Source: Firmicutes bacterium UBA5766 (lineage in GTDB: Bacteria > Bacillota > Desulfotomaculia > Desulfotomaculales > Nap2-2B). From it: a stretch of 64,000 nucleotides of DNA. The stretch lies in contig DIEU01000001.1 of NCBI GenBank assembly GCA_002418775.1, forward strand, positions 9,551 through 73,550, read 5' to 3'. The number at the start of each line of letters is the position of its first letter. Position 1 is the first letter of the stretch. The position numbers and the translations under genes were made by a program. Shown here one piece after another: positions 1 to 11,078 of the stretch. Under the pieces are notes generated by a model. It was not told where the DNA came from. It saw only the letters and a program-made list of their open reading frames with translations, and made no database searches.

Positions 1-71
1 AAACCCGTCCTTTATCAAAGGATAAAAGATGGCGTGTTGTTGAAGTATTGGAGAGAGCTGAGCAAGTGTAG
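1..71 (+). CDS. rpsQ: 30S ribosomal protein S17, C-terminal fragment (gene begins upstream of window)
   Basis: Frame 3 reads ...TRPLSKDKRWRVVEVLERAEQV and stops at TAG 69-71. This is an S17-like C-terminus directly 5' of rplN, as in the S10/spc operon. Confidence 0.8.
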   Translation, partial: TRPLSKDKRWRVVEVLERAEQV

Positions 72-92
72 TATCAGGGGGGGGAACGTCAG

Positions 93-461
93 TTGATTCA
101 AGTCCAGACTATCCTGAAAGCGGCAGATAATACTGGCGCACGACGTCTGATGTGTATAAGGGTTCTTGGTGGTTCGAAAAGGCGTTATGCCGGTTTGGGT
201 GATGAAATTGTAGCTGCTGTAAAAGAAGCCACACCCGGTGGCGTGGTAAAAAAGGGTGATGTTGTAAAAGCTGTTATTGTGCGCACAAAGAAGGAAGTCA
301 GGCGTATAGACGGCTCATACATAAAGTTTGATGAAAATGCCGCCGTGATCATCAAAGATGATAAAAGTCCAAAAGGGACAAGAATTTTTGGTCCCGTAGC
401 CAGGGAACTAAGAGAGCGTGATTTCATGAAAATCGTATCTCTGGCCCCGGAAGTTATCTAA
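93..461 (+). CDS. rplN: 50S ribosomal protein L14
   Basis: 122 aa, [27 protein letters not shown]..., canonical L14. TTG start follows a G-rich SD. Operon position fits. Confidence 0.97.
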   Translation: MIQVQTILKAADNTGARRLMCIRVLGGSKRRYAGLGDEIVAAVKEATPGGVVKKGDVVKAVIVRTKKEVRRIDGSYIKFDENAAVIIKDDKSPKGTRIFGPVARELRERDFMKIVSLAPEVI

Positions 462-541
462 AGTAAAAGAAGTGAGATCAATAAGGGTTTTTCAATTCCA
501 AGAAAGAAGTTGTTTGAGAAGTACAAAAAGGAGGTGTGAAA

Positions 542-862
542 ATGCCCCCAGTTCATGTGCGCAAGGGAGACAATGTTTTAATTATTACAGGAAAAGATGC
601 TGGCAAACGGGGAAAAGTGCTGTCTGTGGAACCCAAGAAGAGCAGGGTGATAGTTGAAGGCGTAAATAAAGTAAAACGCCACTCGCGCCCTACCCGGTCA
701 ATGCCGCAAGGGGGAATTATGGAAAAGGAAGCCCCGATACATTGTTCAAATGTTATGCTGGTTTGTAATAAATGCAACAAACCGACACGACCCGCCCGGA
801 CCATACTGGAAGATGGGAAAAAAGTTCGTGTCTGCAAAAAATGCGGAGAGTCTTTCAGTTAA
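542..862 (+). CDS. rplX: 50S ribosomal protein L24 (KOW domain plus C-terminal CxxC...CxxC zinc ribbon)
   Basis: [26 protein letters not shown]... The ATG at 542 lies 8 nt after GGAGG; the ORF track starts two codons earlier at GTG 536. The C-terminus reads CNKCNK...CKKCGE. Confidence 0.95.
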   Translation: MPPVHVRKGDNVLIITGKDAGKRGKVLSVEPKKSRVIVEGVNKVKRHSRPTRSMPQGGIMEKEAPIHCSNVMLVCNKCNKPTRPARTILEDGKKVRVCKKCGESFS

Positions 863-898
863 CCGGCTTTGGGAAATGGAACAAGGGGGATAATCTAA

Positions 899-1474
899 AT
901 GCCAAGATTGAAGGATAAATATAGCGGCGAAGTAATAAAGGCAATGGTTGAAAGGTTCAGCTACTCTAATATCATGCAGGCGCCCAGGTTAGAAAAAGTT
1001 GTGATCAATATGGGAGTTGGCGACGCTATCCAAAACAGCAAAGCTTTGGATGCGGCAGTAAGCGACCTGGCGATCATTACGGGGCAGCGCCCTGTAATAA
1101 CCAAAGCTAAAAGATCAATTGCTGCCTTCAAACTGCGCCAGGGAATGAGGATAGGCTGTAAGGTGACCTTGCGCGGGAACCGTATGTACGAATTTGTAGA
1201 TAAGTTATTCAACATAGCGCTTCCCAGAGTAAGGGATTTCCGGGGGGTTTCCCCTGATTCGTTTGACGGGCGCGGTAATTACAGCCTGGGCATTAAGGAA
1301 CAGCTAATCTTTCCGGAAATCGAATATGACAAAATTGAAAAAATCAGAGGGATGGATATAATTTTTGTTACAACAGCTAAAAGCGATGAAGAAGCAAGGT
1401 TTTTCCTGGGCTTGATGGGGATGCCTTTTAAAACAGTATCAGGCCGGCAAAAAGCAGACGTTGCTTCTGCTTGA
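899..1474 (+). CDS. rplE: 50S ribosomal protein L5
   Basis: 191 aa, MPRLKDKY...VINMGVGDA...LGMPFK, an L5 signature. It carries about 12 extra C-terminal residues beyond the usual ...GMPFK end. Confidence 0.97.
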   Translation: MPRLKDKYSGEVIKAMVERFSYSNIMQAPRLEKVVINMGVGDAIQNSKALDAAVSDLAIITGQRPVITKAKRSIAAFKLRQGMRIGCKVTLRGNRMYEFVDKLFNIALPRVRDFRGVSPDSFDGRGNYSLGIKEQLIFPEIEYDKIEKIRGMDIIFVTTAKSDEEARFFLGLMGMPFKTVSGRQKADVASA

Positions 1475-1535
1475 GGAAAGTAAAAAGTTTGGAAAACGGA
1501 TATGTGTAAATATCCCAATTATAAGGAGGGGAATG

Positions 1536-1721
1536 ATGGCAAAAAAGTCTTTGGTTAATAAAGCCATGCTTGAGCCAAAGTTTAAAGTGCGCAAATACAA
1601 TAGATGCATGTTATGTGGTAGGCCCCGTGCTTATATACGCAGGTTCGGCATTTGTAGGATTTGTTTTAGGATGTTGTCTTACAGAGGAGAAATTCCTGGT
1701 GTGCGTAAGGCAAGCTGGTAG
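1536..1721 (+). CDS. rpsN: 30S ribosomal protein S14 type Z (zinc-binding, 61 aa)
   Basis: [45 protein letters not shown]...ASW. AGGAGG lies 6 nt upstream of ATG 1536. The longer track ORF (1461) overlaps rplE and is not needed. Confidence 0.93.
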   Translation: MAKKSLVNKAMLEPKFKVRKYNRCMLCGRPRAYIRRFGICRICFRMLSYRGEIPGVRKASW

Positions 1722-1738
1722 AAAGGGGGCAGGTTTTC

Positions 1739-2137
1739 ATGGTGATGACGGATCCAGTGGCGGATTTTTTAATCCGGATTAAGAATGCTAATGTAGTATA
1801 TCATGATAAAGTTGAAGCTCCTGCTTCGAGAGTGAAACAGGCTATTGCCGGTATTTTAAAAGAAGAAGGCCTAATTAGGGATTTCGAATTTATTAATGAT
1901 GGAAAACAGGGCGTTATAAGGGTATTTATGAAATACGGACCCGAAAAGCAAAGGGTAATTGCAGGAATCAAAAGGATTAGCAAACCCGGGTTAAGAGTTT
2001 ACGCAAGAAAAGATGCAATTCCACGTGTGTTGGGAGGGTTGGGGATAGCAATTATCTCTACTTCCCGAGGTATTATGACAGATAAAAAGGCGCGCAAGCT
2101 GGGTTTAGGAGGGGAGGTTATCTGCTACGTCTGGTAG
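1739..2137 (+). CDS. rpsH: 30S ribosomal protein S8
   Basis: 132 aa, [17 protein letters not shown]..., canonical S8. Confidence 0.97.
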   Translation: MVMTDPVADFLIRIKNANVVYHDKVEAPASRVKQAIAGILKEEGLIRDFEFINDGKQGVIRVFMKYGPEKQRVIAGIKRISKPGLRVYARKDAIPRVLGGLGIAIISTSRGIMTDKKARKLGLGGEVICYVW

Positions 2138-2159
2138 CCTTGAAGGAGGTGATATATAA

Positions 2160-2708
2160 ATGTCGCGTATAGGTAAACAGCCTGTAATGTTGTCTGGAGC
2201 CGTAGATGTGCAGGTCGTTGAAAACAGGGTTTCCGTGAAGGGTCCAAAAGGTCAGCTGGTCAGGGATATTCATCCTGATATGGTGATTCGCAAAGAAAGC
2301 GATCGTGTTTTAGTTGAAAGGCCTTCGGATTCAAAACTGCATAGTTCCTTACATGGTCTAACCCGCACTTTGATAAATAATATGGTCATAGGTGTAACGA
2401 ACGGGTTCGAAAAGACCCTGGAGCTCACTGGTGTAGGTTACCGGGCCAGCAAACAGGGAAATAAACTTGTTCTATTGATGGGATATTCTCACCCCGTTGA
2501 AATAGTTCCTGAGGAAGGGCTGGAAATAGATGTTCCTGCGCCGACCAGGGTTATTGTTAAAGGGACGGATAAAGAGAGGGTCGGCAATCTGGCGGCAAAG
2601 ATACGCGCTGTCCGCGAGCCAGAACCATACAAAGCAAAAGGGATAAAATACGAGGGAGAAAAGATTAGAAGAAAAGCTGGTAAAGCTGGCGGCAAGGGAA
2701 AGAAGTAA
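2160..2708 (+). CDS. rplF: 50S ribosomal protein L6
   Basis: 182 aa, MSRIGKQPV...GVGYRA...[10 protein letters not shown], canonical L6. Confidence 0.97.
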   Translation: MSRIGKQPVMLSGAVDVQVVENRVSVKGPKGQLVRDIHPDMVIRKESDRVLVERPSDSKLHSSLHGLTRTLINNMVIGVTNGFEKTLELTGVGYRASKQGNKLVLLMGYSHPVEIVPEEGLEIDVPAPTRVIVKGTDKERVGNLAAKIRAVREPEPYKAKGIKYEGEKIRRKAGKAGGKGKK

Positions 2709-2740
2709 GCGTCCGAACAAAGAATTAGGAGGTAAGCAGA

Positions 2741-3109
2741 TTGATTAAAAAAACCAGCCGTGAGAAATTGCGCTGCGAACGCAGATGGCGGGTGCGCAGG
2801 AAAATAAAGGGCACTGCTTCCCGGCCGAGGCTAAATGTTTTCCGCAGCCTGAATCATATATACGCCAATATAATTGATGACAACCAGGGGATGACGGTGA
2901 TTTCTGTTTCATCTCTTTCTCCTGAGTTAAAGGATGACTTGAAAAGCGGTGGAAATACGGCAGCCGCTGCCGCGGTTGGAAAATTGGTGGCTCAAAAAGC
3001 AATCCAGGCAGGAGTTAAAAATGTAGTTTTTGATAGAGCCGGTTATTTGTATCATGGCCGTATAAAGGCACTGGCTGAAGCCGCAAGAGAAGGCGGTTTG
3101 GAGTTTTAA
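2741..3109 (+). CDS. rplR: 50S ribosomal protein L18
   Basis: 122 aa, ...[20 protein letters not shown]...[29 protein letters not shown] start after AGGAGG. Confidence 0.96.
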   Translation: MIKKTSREKLRCERRWRVRRKIKGTASRPRLNVFRSLNHIYANIIDDNQGMTVISVSSLSPELKDDLKSGGNTAAAAAVGKLVAQKAIQAGVKNVVFDRAGYLYHGRIKALAEAAREGGLEF

Positions 3110-3141
3110 AAGAAATATTTGAATATTAAGGAGGTGGATGG

Positions 3142-3681
3142 GTGTCACGGATAGATGCCAATAAACTGGAGTTAAGTGAGAAAGTGGTTTATGTCAACCG
3201 TGTTGCCAAGGTTGTCAAAGGAGGACGTCGTTTTAGCTTTTCAGCCCTTGTTGTTGTTGGTGACAGCGATGGTCATGTGGGCGCAGGATTAGGCAAGGCC
3301 GGGGAGGTTCCCGAAGCTATTCGCAAGGGGATTGAAGATGCCAAAAAAAATATGATTAAAGTTCCTGTCATTGGTACTACTATTCCTCATGAGGTAGTAG
3401 GGATTTTTGGGGCGGGAAAAGTGCTTCTAAAACCCGCAGCGCCTGGGACGGGAGTCATTGCAGGTGGACCAGTCCGGGCTATTTTGGAATTGGCCGGTGT
3501 TCGAGATATTTTAACCAAATCTTTAGGTTCGCATAACGCAAACAATGTGGTTCACGCCACAGTGAAAGCTCTAAAAGGACTTAAAACACCTGCTGAGGTA
3601 GCTCACTTGCGTGGTAAACAGCAAGAGGATCTTGATTGGAAAGGTTATGGAGAACAGGCCGCTTTCACGACAGCGACATAA
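3142..3681 (+). CDS. rpsE: 30S ribosomal protein S5 with an atypical C-terminal extension of about 13 aa
   Basis: 179 aa, ...[27 protein letters not shown]..., canonical S5. After ...[11 protein letters not shown], where S5 normally ends, it continues [15 protein letters not shown]. Confidence 0.95.
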   Translation: MSRIDANKLELSEKVVYVNRVAKVVKGGRRFSFSALVVVGDSDGHVGAGLGKAGEVPEAIRKGIEDAKKNMIKVPVIGTTIPHEVVGIFGAGKVLLKPAAPGTGVIAGGPVRAILELAGVRDILTKSLGSHNANNVVHATVKALKGLKTPAEVAHLRGKQQEDLDWKGYGEQAAFTTAT

Positions 3682-3748
3682 AACACTAGACGCGGTTTCT
3701 AATTTTGAAAAAAAGCCCTTAAACATTGGGATAATGATAAAGTTGTAG
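3647..3748 (+). pseudogene. rpmD: Possible decayed remnant of rpmD (ribosomal protein L30)
   Basis: The slot between rpsE and rplO that normally holds rpmD is only about 100 nt. A 33-codon frame, [33 protein letters not shown], keeps L30-like strings (RP..QR.KTL.A and G.MI.K[LV]). It lacks the N-terminal beta-strand and a central block, and it overlaps the extended rpsE 3' end. Confidence 0.35.
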
Positions 3749-3779
3749 CTTTTCGTATTAGTTGTGGGGAGGTGTTATA

Positions 3780-4238
3780 GTGGTATTGTTAAACGAACTG
3801 CAACCTGCTCCAGGCGCCAGGAAGAAACCAAACCGCAAAGGACAAGGTATTGGCAGTGGCCAGGGTAAGACGGCTGGCAGAGGTTCAAAAGGACAAAAGT
3901 CTCGTTCCGGCGGCGGAGTTCGTCCTGGTTTTGAAGGTGGACAGATGCCTTTACAGCGTCGTCTGCCCAAAAGAGGTTTTACAAATGCTCCTTTCAAAAA
4001 GCATATTACCGGTGTAAATGTTGAAGTTTTGAATCGTTTTGAAGACGGGACACTGGTCTCGCCCATGGAACTGAAGTCCTCCCGGATAGTTAAAAAAATA
4101 GGTGACGGCATAAAAATACTCGGACAGGGTGAGTTAACCAGAGCACTGACTGTTCAAGCGCACTTTTTTAGCAAAACTGCCGCAGAAAAGATTATTGCCG
4201 CAGGCGGTAAGGTCGAGGTGATCACTAATGATCAATAG
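3780..4238 (+). CDS. rplO: 50S ribosomal protein L15
   Basis: ...[36 protein letters not shown]..., canonical L15. GTG 3780 lies 7 nt after GGGGAGG; the track ORF begins 6 codons earlier at 3762. Confidence 0.95.
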   Translation: MVLLNELQPAPGARKKPNRKGQGIGSGQGKTAGRGSKGQKSRSGGGVRPGFEGGQMPLQRRLPKRGFTNAPFKKHITGVNVEVLNRFEDGTLVSPMELKSSRIVKKIGDGIKILGQGELTRALTVQAHFFSKTAAEKIIAAGGKVEVITNDQ

Positions 4239-5487
4239 CTTGATGGGCGCGTTAAAAATAGGCGATCTCAGGCAGAAACTGATTTTTACCATACTTATGT
4301 TGTTTGTCTTCAGGCTGGGAGCGCATGTTCCTGTTCCGGGTATTAATACAGAGGTATTTTCAAACCTTGTTTCACAAGGCGCTCTTTTCGGATTCTTTGA
4401 TGTGATCTCGGGCGGCGCGTTTAAAAAGTTTTCTGTTTTCGCAATGAGCATAACCCCTTATATAAACGCTTCAATTATCATGCAGTTATTAACTGTTGTT
4501 ATTCCTCACCTCGAGCGTTTAGCCAAGGAAGGCGAAGAAGGACGCAGGAAAATAACACAGTATACCCGCTATTTGACGGTTGTGTTGGCTTTTATACAGG
4601 CAATTGGTATGAGTATAGCGCTTAAAAACGCCTTTATAAGACCAGCTCTGGACCAATACCTTTTAGTTTCTTTGACTTTAACTGCCGGGACTGCATTTTT
4701 GATGTGGATAGGGGAGCAAATTACAGAAAAAGGAATCGGCAACGGGATATCACTTTTAATCTTTGCCGGTATAGTGTCACGTGTGCCTTCCGGTATAGTC
4801 AGGTCGGTAGAATACATTCAGGCAGGCACAATAAGTTATTTCAACATTCTTCTGCTTGTTATTATTGGAATCCTGGTAATAGCATGTATTGTCCTAATCA
4901 ATGAGGGTCAGCGAAGGATTCCTGTGCAGTATGCCAAGCGTGTGGTTGGAAGACGGGTTTACGGAGGCCAAAGCACGCATATTCCGCTCAGGGTAAACCA
5001 GGCAGGTGTTATTCCTGTAATCTTCGCGTCGTCCATATTGATGTTTCCCCAACAGTTGGTTCAATGGTTTTCAGGAGAAAAGTTTTCCGCCTGGTATACG
5101 ACTTATTTTGATTGGGGAACAGCTGCGCACACAATTATATATGCCTTGCTGGTAATTGGTTTTACTTTTTTCTATACAACAGTGATAATGAACCCCTCGG
5201 ATGTAGCGGAAAATATTAAAAAATATGGCGGTTTTATTCCCGGGATACGTCCAGGCAGACCGACCGCCGAGTATATAAGCAAGGTAATGAGTAAGGTAAC
5301 TCTTGTAGGCGCAGTGTTTTTGGCTTTAATAGCAATTTTACCAAACTTTGTTTTATTGGCGACACGTATTCCTAACGTTTATTTTGGTGGGACTGCGCTT
5401 CTCATCGTTGTAGGAGTGGCGTTGGATACAATGAAACAAATAGAGTCCCAGATGCTGATGCGGAGTTACCACGGTTTCATCAAGTAA
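4228..5487 (+). CDS. secY: Preprotein translocase subunit SecY
   Basis: 419 aa polytopic membrane protein. It contains ...[21 protein letters not shown]... and ...[13 protein letters not shown]... and overlaps the rplO end by 11 nt. Confidence 0.97.
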   Translation: MINSLMGALKIGDLRQKLIFTILMLFVFRLGAHVPVPGINTEVFSNLVSQGALFGFFDVISGGAFKKFSVFAMSITPYINASIIMQLLTVVIPHLERLAKEGEEGRRKITQYTRYLTVVLAFIQAIGMSIALKNAFIRPALDQYLLVSLTLTAGTAFLMWIGEQITEKGIGNGISLLIFAGIVSRVPSGIVRSVEYIQAGTISYFNILLLVIIGILVIACIVLINEGQRRIPVQYAKRVVGRRVYGGQSTHIPLRVNQAGVIPVIFASSILMFPQQLVQWFSGEKFSAWYTTYFDWGTAAHTIIYALLVIGFTFFYTTVIMNPSDVAENIKKYGGFIPGIRPGRPTAEYISKVMSKVTLVGAVFLALIAILPNFVLLATRIPNVYFGGTALLIVVGVALDTMKQIESQMLMRSYHGFIK

Positions 5488-5502
5488 AATGGAGTATGGT
5501 CA

Positions 5503-6249
5503 ATGATAACCATAAAATCAAAACGAGAGATAGCATATATGCGTGATGCCGGAAGGGTAGTGGCCGGGACCTTTACAGAACTTTTTAAGTTAATCAAACC
5601 TGGTGTAACGACCGCAGAATTAGCTTGCGCTGCGGAGGAATATATTATCAGTCATGGCGCAAAACCGGCTTTCAAAGGTTTATATGGTTTTCCTGCCTGC
5701 ATCTGTGTTTCTATAAACGAGGAAGTTGTTCACGGTATTCCTGGTTTAAGAAAATTAAAGGACGGAGATATTATAAGTATTGACATAGGGACGGAAATAA
5801 ATGGATACTATGGTGACGGCGCACATTCATTTCCTGTAGGAAATGTTACTGAAAAAGCATTAAGGCTTCTAAAAATTACCGAAGAGTCTTTGTATGAGGG
5901 TATTAGAAAAGCTCGTGAAGGAAACCGTTTGTCGGATATATCCAATGCTATTCAAACACATGTAGAGAAAAACGGTTATTCTGTTGTAAGAGATTATGTT
6001 GGGCATGGAATTGGTAAAAGTATGCATGAGGAACCACAGGTTCCAAATTTCGGTCAGCCAAACCGTGGAATAAGACTTAAGTCCGGGATGACCCTGGCTA
6101 TCGAACCAATGGTCAACATCGGCACACACGAAGTATATACTCTAGCTGATAACTGGACGGTAATTACTAAGGATGCGGAGCTATCGGCCCATTTTGAACA
6201 TACCGTGGCCATTACCGAAGGAGAACCGGAGATTTTAACGCGGCTTTAA
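5503..6249 (+). CDS. map: Type I methionine aminopeptidase
   Basis: 248 aa, MITIKSKREIAYMRDAGR...VVHGIP...DIG...GHGIG...HEEP...EHTV, the metal-ligand pattern of MetAP-I. Confidence 0.96.
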   Translation: MITIKSKREIAYMRDAGRVVAGTFTELFKLIKPGVTTAELACAAEEYIISHGAKPAFKGLYGFPACICVSINEEVVHGIPGLRKLKDGDIISIDIGTEINGYYGDGAHSFPVGNVTEKALRLLKITEESLYEGIRKAREGNRLSDISNAIQTHVEKNGYSVVRDYVGHGIGKSMHEEPQVPNFGQPNRGIRLKSGMTLAIEPMVNIGTHEVYTLADNWTVITKDAELSAHFEHTVAITEGEPEILTRL

Positions 6250-6260
6250 TTGAGGAGATC

Positions 6261-6557
6261 ATGGTCATGGAAAAAAAATTTTTACCTGGTCGTTTGGTAT
6301 GTTCCATTGCCGGCCGGGATGCGGGAAAGCTATATATTATTATTGATACTTTAAGTGATAACATGGTTCAGGTTGTTGACGGAAAAATCCGGAAACTTAC
6401 TGCGCCAAAAAAGAAAAATATTAAGCACCTGATGGCTTATTCACAAAAATCCGGTGAAATAGAGGAGAAAAAAAAATCCGGTCAGCGTATTACAGATCTT
6501 GAGGTGCGTAATATAATGAAGCGTTTAATGGCCGAAACACTGGTGAAAAGGGGGTAG
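6261..6557 (+). CDS. KOW-domain small RNA-binding protein (clostridial map-infA spacer gene)
   Basis: 98 aa, ...[20 protein letters not shown]...[10 protein letters not shown], a KOW-like motif. The position between map and infA is typical of Clostridia. Confidence 0.7.
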   Translation: MVMEKKFLPGRLVCSIAGRDAGKLYIIIDTLSDNMVQVVDGKIRKLTAPKKKNIKHLMAYSQKSGEIEEKKKSGQRITDLEVRNIMKRLMAETLVKRG

Positions 6558-6559
6558 CT

Positions 6560-6778
6560 ATGTCAAAACAGGATGTTATCGAGGTGGAAGGTACTGTAAT
6601 TGAACCGCTTCCCAATGCGATGTTCCGGGTAAAGCTGGAAAATGGTCACAAAGTACTGGCCCATGTATCCGGCAAAATAAGGATGAATTTTATTCGGATT
6701 CTTGCCGGAGACAGAGTAATGGTAGAGTTGTCCCCTTATGATTTAAGCCGGGGCCGCATTGTTTATCGATACAAGTAG
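6560..6778 (+). CDS. infA: Translation initiation factor IF-1
   Basis: 72 aa, [66 protein letters not shown]. Confidence 0.97.
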   Translation: MSKQDVIEVEGTVIEPLPNAMFRVKLENGHKVLAHVSGKIRMNFIRILAGDRVMVELSPYDLSRGRIVYRYK

Positions 6779-6811
6779 ACTGTTGAAAGGTTTTTGGGGG
6801 GTTGAAGTAAA

Positions 6812-6925
6812 ATGAAAGTACGGCCATCCGTGAAGTTGATTTGTGAGAAGTGTAAAATCATTCGACGCCATGGCAAGATTAGGGTAATCTGTGAGAACCC
6901 AAAACATAAACAGAGGCAAGGATAA
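6812..6925 (+). CDS. rpmJ: 50S ribosomal protein L36 (below the ORF-track length cut-off)
   Basis: Hand-translated as [37 protein letters not shown] with a TAA stop. A G-rich SD lies upstream. It sits between infA and rpsM. Confidence 0.93.
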   Translation: MKVRPSVKLICEKCKIIRRHGKIRVICENPKHKQRQG

Positions 6926-6966
6926 AAAAGTAAGTATTTGAGGTCTGAAGGAGGTGTCTAAACTTA

Positions 6967-7338
6967 ATGGCGCGTATTGCAGGGGTGGATTTGCCTCGTG
7001 ATAAACGTGTGGAAGTTGCCATTACATATATTTATGGTATCGGGCGTTCACAGGCCAAAAAGATAATAACCAGCGCAAAATTAAACCCTGATACCAGGGT
7101 AAGAAACCTGGCCGAGGAGGAAGTAAACAAGCTCAGGGAGATTATTGAAAAGAATCATCAAGTTGAAGGTGATCTGCGCAGGGAAATAGCCCTGAACATA
7201 AAAAGGCTTATTGAAATTGGATGTTACCGTGGCCTTCGTCACCGCCGCGGTATGCCTGTCAGGGGCCAACGGACAAAAACAAACGCCCGTACCCGGAAAG
7301 GACCGCGCAAGACCGTAGGTGTACGCCGCAAGAAGTAA
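6967..7338 (+). CDS. rpsM: 30S ribosomal protein S13
   Basis: 123 aa, [26 protein letters not shown]... Confidence 0.97.
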   Translation: MARIAGVDLPRDKRVEVAITYIYGIGRSQAKKIITSAKLNPDTRVRNLAEEEVNKLREIIEKNHQVEGDLRREIALNIKRLIEIGCYRGLRHRRGMPVRGQRTKTNARTRKGPRKTVGVRRKK

Positions 7339-7381
7339 AAATGACACCGCAGCACGGTGAAAGATAAAGGGAGGTGTTAGG

Positions 7382-7771
7382 ATGGCTCGTCGACAGGTTC
7401 GAACTAAACGGCGGGAGCGAAAAAATATTGATCAGGGTGTAGCCCATATTAAATCTACTTTTAATAATACAGTGATTACCATTACAGATACAAAAGGAAA
7501 TGCTATTTCATGGTCCAGCGCGGGAACTGTCGGTTTTAAGGGTTCGCGCAAGAGCACTCCTTTTGCTGCTCAAATGGCAGCTGAAACAGCAGGGAAGGAA
7601 GCTATGGAACATGGCATGAAACAGGTCGAGGTTCTTGTAAAAGGTCCGGGCTCCGGTCGTGAGGCAGCTATACGTTCATTACAGGCTGTTGGTCTTGAAG
7701 TAAGCTTAATTAAGGATGTTACCCCAATTCCTCATAATGGCTGCCGGCCACCAAAACGCAGGAGAGTTTAA
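7382..7771 (+). CDS. rpsK: 30S ribosomal protein S11
   Basis: 129 aa, ...[21 protein letters not shown]...[14 protein letters not shown]... Confidence 0.97.
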   Translation: MARRQVRTKRRERKNIDQGVAHIKSTFNNTVITITDTKGNAISWSSAGTVGFKGSRKSTPFAAQMAAETAGKEAMEHGMKQVEVLVKGPGSGREAAIRSLQAVGLEVSLIKDVTPIPHNGCRPPKRRRV

Positions 7772-7806
7772 TTCTATCCAACTAGGACGGGAGGTAAATC
7801 AATTAG

Positions 7807-8436
7807 ATGGCGAGGTATACGGGTCCTCAGTGTCGACTCTGCCGTCGTGAAGGCGTTAAATTATTCTTAAAAGGAGAAAGATGTTACACAACAAGGTGTT
7901 CTGTTGAACGGCGCGGTTATCCGCCCGGCATACACGGTCAAAAGCGGCGGGCAAAACAAAGTGAATACGGCCTTCAGCTCAGGGAAAAGCAGAAAGCGCG
8001 TCGTATTTATCATGTACTGGAAACCCAGTTCCGCAATTACTTTGAGGAAGCTGAACGTGAAAAAGGCGTAACTGGCGAAAACCTGCTTAAGCTTCTCGAA
8101 AGAAGGCTGGACAGTGTGGTATATCGCTTAAGTTTGGCCGCTTCTCGATCAGAAGCCCGTCAATTGGTTCGACATGGTCATTTTTTGGTTAATGGCAGGA
8201 AAGTAAATATTCCTTCTTTTAAAGTGCGGGTTGGTGATCTAATCGCAATCCGCGAAAAGAGCAGGGAATCTGCCCGTTTAATTGAGTTAATGGAAAGAGC
8301 AGCTGAAAGGACTCCCCCACCGTGGTTAGAATTACTTCCCGAACAAAAGGGAGGAAAGGTGATAGGTCTCCCCACGAGGGATCAGATAGACAGTTCTATC
8401 CAGGAGCATTTAATTGTAGAGTTGTACTCCAGGTAA
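7807..8436 (+). CDS. rpsD: 30S ribosomal protein S4
   Basis: 209 aa, [26 protein letters not shown]...; an S4 RNA-binding domain follows. Confidence 0.97.
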   Translation: MARYTGPQCRLCRREGVKLFLKGERCYTTRCSVERRGYPPGIHGQKRRAKQSEYGLQLREKQKARRIYHVLETQFRNYFEEAEREKGVTGENLLKLLERRLDSVVYRLSLAASRSEARQLVRHGHFLVNGRKVNIPSFKVRVGDLIAIREKSRESARLIELMERAAERTPPPWLELLPEQKGGKVIGLPTRDQIDSSIQEHLIVELYSR

Positions 8437-8494
8437 AGCCGTTTGTATAGTCTAATAGATTTTTCGGCTAAAAGAAGGAGGGTTAACTCGAACA

Positions 8495-9442
8495 ATGTTG
8501 GAGATTGAAAAACCAAGAATAGAATGTTTACAGGTTAATGATGATAATAACTATGCCAAGTTTGTCATGGAACCTTTGGAAAGAGGATACGGGATTACTC
8601 TTGGTAATTCAATAAGAAGAGTGCTGCTTTCATCCCTTCCGGGCGCTGCAGTGACAGCAGTGAAGATTGACGGTGTTCTTCATGAGTTTTCAACTATTCC
8701 AGGGGTAGCTGAAGACGTTACTGACATAATCCTGAACCTCAAGGGTTTATGTTTAAGAATGTATTCTGATGAAGAAAAAATTCTCCGTATTGGAGCTGAG
8801 GGTGAAGGAGAAGTTCTGGCGCGGAATATTATCCATGACTCAGACATTGAAATTCTTAATCCGGACATGCATATTGCTACTATGGACAGTGGACGATTAT
8901 TTATGGAAATTATTGTGTCAAAAGGGAGAGGCTATGTATCGGCCGAAAGAAATAAAAAGGGTGAACAGGTAATAGGACTTATTCCTGTGGATTCAGTCTT
9001 CACGCCTGTCAAAAGAGTTAATTACGTTGTTGAAAACACCCGTGTCGGTCAGCGTACTGACTATGACAAATTGACTATTGAGGTATGGACTAACGGTGGT
9101 ATCAGACCTAATGAGGCAATAAGCCTTTCCGCCAAAATTTTAGGTGAACATTTACAGTTATTTATCGGTCTTACCGAGACTGTTTCAAATGAAGTAGAGA
9201 TAATGGTTGAAAAAGAAGCGGAGCAAAAAAATAAGCTTCTTGAAATGAGTATCGAAGAACTGGATCTGTCAGTAAGATCATATAACTGCTTAAAACGCGC
9301 CGGAATAAACACCGTTGAAGAATTACTCCAGCGAAATGAAGAAGAAATGATGAAAGTCCGCAATTTGGGCAGAAAGTCTCTGGAAGAGGTTGTCAAAAAA
9401 CTTAATGAGCTGAATTTATCTCTGCGCAAGAGCGACGATTAG
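8495..9442 (+). CDS. rpoA: DNA-directed RNA polymerase alpha subunit
   Basis: 315 aa, [10 protein letters not shown]...[23 protein letters not shown]...; C-terminal [20 protein letters not shown] (alpha-CTD HhH). Confidence 0.97.
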   Translation: MLEIEKPRIECLQVNDDNNYAKFVMEPLERGYGITLGNSIRRVLLSSLPGAAVTAVKIDGVLHEFSTIPGVAEDVTDIILNLKGLCLRMYSDEEKILRIGAEGEGEVLARNIIHDSDIEILNPDMHIATMDSGRLFMEIIVSKGRGYVSAERNKKGEQVIGLIPVDSVFTPVKRVNYVVENTRVGQRTDYDKLTIEVWTNGGIRPNEAISLSAKILGEHLQLFIGLTETVSNEVEIMVEKEAEQKNKLLEMSIEELDLSVRSYNCLKRAGINTVEELLQRNEEEMMKVRNLGRKSLEEVVKKLNELNLSLRKSDD

Positions 9443-9453
9443 GGGGGGCCACG

Positions 9454-9792
9454 ATGGGTTACCGTAAATTAGGCCGTAATACAGGTCACCGTAAAGCCAT
9501 GTTAAGAAACCTTGTTACGTCCTTATTATTAAACAATCGTATAGTAACAACTGAAACCAGGGCAAAGGAAGTTAACAGCCTGGCAGAAAAGATGATTACC
9601 CTTGCAAAAAGCGGTGAATTATCTGCCCGGCGTCAGGCCTTGTCTTATTTGTACAGTGAAACTGTGGTCAGGAAGCTTTTTACCGATTTAGGCTCCCGTT
9701 ACAGTGAAAGACAGGGCGGCTATACGAGAATTGTTAAATTGGGATATCGGCGCGGTGATGCAGCGCCGCTTGTAGTGCTTGAACTAGTTTAA
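9454..9792 (+). CDS. rplQ: 50S ribosomal protein L17
   Basis: 112 aa, [20 protein letters not shown]... Confidence 0.97.
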   Translation: MGYRKLGRNTGHRKAMLRNLVTSLLLNNRIVTTETRAKEVNSLAEKMITLAKSGELSARRQALSYLYSETVVRKLFTDLGSRYSERQGGYTRIVKLGYRRGDAAPLVVLELV

Positions 9793-9825
9793 AATTTTAC
9801 TAATTGTGGTAAAAGAGCATTTTGG

Positions 9826-10572
9826 ATGCGTAACATAAAGTTGACTGTTGCTTATGACGGCACTAATTATCATGGATTTCAAAAGCAATACAACACAGGG
9901 CTTCTTACAATTCAGGAAGTCTTGGAAAATGCTTTGTTTCGTTTGTCAAAAAGAGAAATAAAGGTAACAGGCGCAGCGCGCACAGATGCCGGAGTTCATG
10001 CCCGTGGACAAGTAATTAATTTCGATGCTTCGAGTTGGTCTATTCCTTCAGAACGTGTAGTTTTTGCTTTAAACGGTATGCTTCCACGGGACATTGTAAT
10101 TATGAGTTCAGAACAGGTTGATCTTGATTTCCACGCCCGGTATAGCGCACTGTCAAAAACTTATTTCTATGTTTTATACAACGATAGCAAGCCTTCCCCT
10201 TTCTGGCGCCTATACAGCTGTTTTATGCCGTATTCACTTGATATTCCGGCAATGAAAAGCGCTGCTCTAATGATGGAAGGGGAAAATGATTTTTCAGCGT
10301 TTCAGGCGTCAGGTTCATCCGTAAAATCAACAGTACGGACGCTGTTTAAAACTGATGTCAGAAAAAAGGGGAAGTTTGTCTACCTAACTTTTAAGGGCAA
10401 TGGGTTTCTTTATAATATGGTTAGGATTATGGTGGGTACCCTGTTGGAAATTGGTCAGGGTAAGCGACTTCCTGAAGAAACCGAACAAATTATAGCTTCA
10501 CGAAAAAGGGAAATGGCGGGATTTACGGCGCCTGCCTGCGGGTTATATCTGAAACTGGTAGAATACTTATAG
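9826..10572 (+). CDS. truA: tRNA pseudouridine(38-40) synthase
   Basis: 248 aa, MRNIKLTVAYDGTNYHGFQ.Q...GAARTDAGVHA.GQV..., with the catalytic Asp context of TruA. Confidence 0.93.
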   Translation: MRNIKLTVAYDGTNYHGFQKQYNTGLLTIQEVLENALFRLSKREIKVTGAARTDAGVHARGQVINFDASSWSIPSERVVFALNGMLPRDIVIMSSEQVDLDFHARYSALSKTYFYVLYNDSKPSPFWRLYSCFMPYSLDIPAMKSAALMMEGENDFSAFQASGSSVKSTVRTLFKTDVRKKGKFVYLTFKGNGFLYNMVRIMVGTLLEIGQGKRLPEETEQIIASRKREMAGFTAPACGLYLKLVEYL

Positions 10573-10621
10573 CTGAAGCCTGTTTTAAGATAAGATTGGA
10601 ATGTCACAAGGAGGATTCTAA

Positions 10622-11053
10622 ATGACGAAGACATTCATGGCCAAAGAAAAAGATATCATGCGGAAATGGTTTGTCATTGACGCACAGGGAAAGGTTCTGG
10701 GACGGCTGGCTGTAGAAGCGGCTAAGATTTTACGTGGTAAACACCACCCTCTTTTCACACCTCACGTTGATACAGGTGATCACGTGATCATAATTAACGC
10801 AGACAAAGTAATTCTGACGGGAAATAAGCTGAATAAAAAAATTGAGAAACATCATTCAGGCTATCCTGGCGGTTTAAAGGAAACCAGCTACGCCAAGCTT
10901 ATGCAGACAAAGCCGGAATTTGTGGTTAAAAAGGCTATTATAGGAATGCTTCCCCATAATAGACTTGGGTCCTCCATGGCAAAAAAATTGCGTATATATT
11001 CCGGATCAACTCATCCGCATCAGGCGCAGAAACCTGGCCAGTGGCCGATGTAA
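10622..11053 (+). CDS. rplM: 50S ribosomal protein L13
   Basis: 143 aa, ...[16 protein letters not shown]...[22 protein letters not shown]... Confidence 0.97.
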   Translation: MTKTFMAKEKDIMRKWFVIDAQGKVLGRLAVEAAKILRGKHHPLFTPHVDTGDHVIIINADKVILTGNKLNKKIEKHHSGYPGGLKETSYAKLMQTKPEFVVKKAIIGMLPHNRLGSSMAKKLRIYSGSTHPHQAQKPGQWPM

Positions 11054-11078
11054 TATTTTTAGAAAGTAGGTATTTTGA

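Noticed and set aside
472-657. Out-of-frame ORFs overlapping ribosomal protein genes (472-657, 1570-1782, 4704-4904, 8769-8972 and similar).
   Set aside because: They overlap highly conserved genes in alternative frames, lack SDs and have no recognisable similarity.
770-862. CxxC...CxxC zinc ribbon at the C-terminus of L24 (also Zn-type S14 and L36), considered as an unusual ribosomal feature.
   Set aside because: From memory, clostridial L24 proteins commonly carry this ribbon, and C+ forms of S14 and L36 are standard in Firmicutes. It is a lineage trait, not a novelty.
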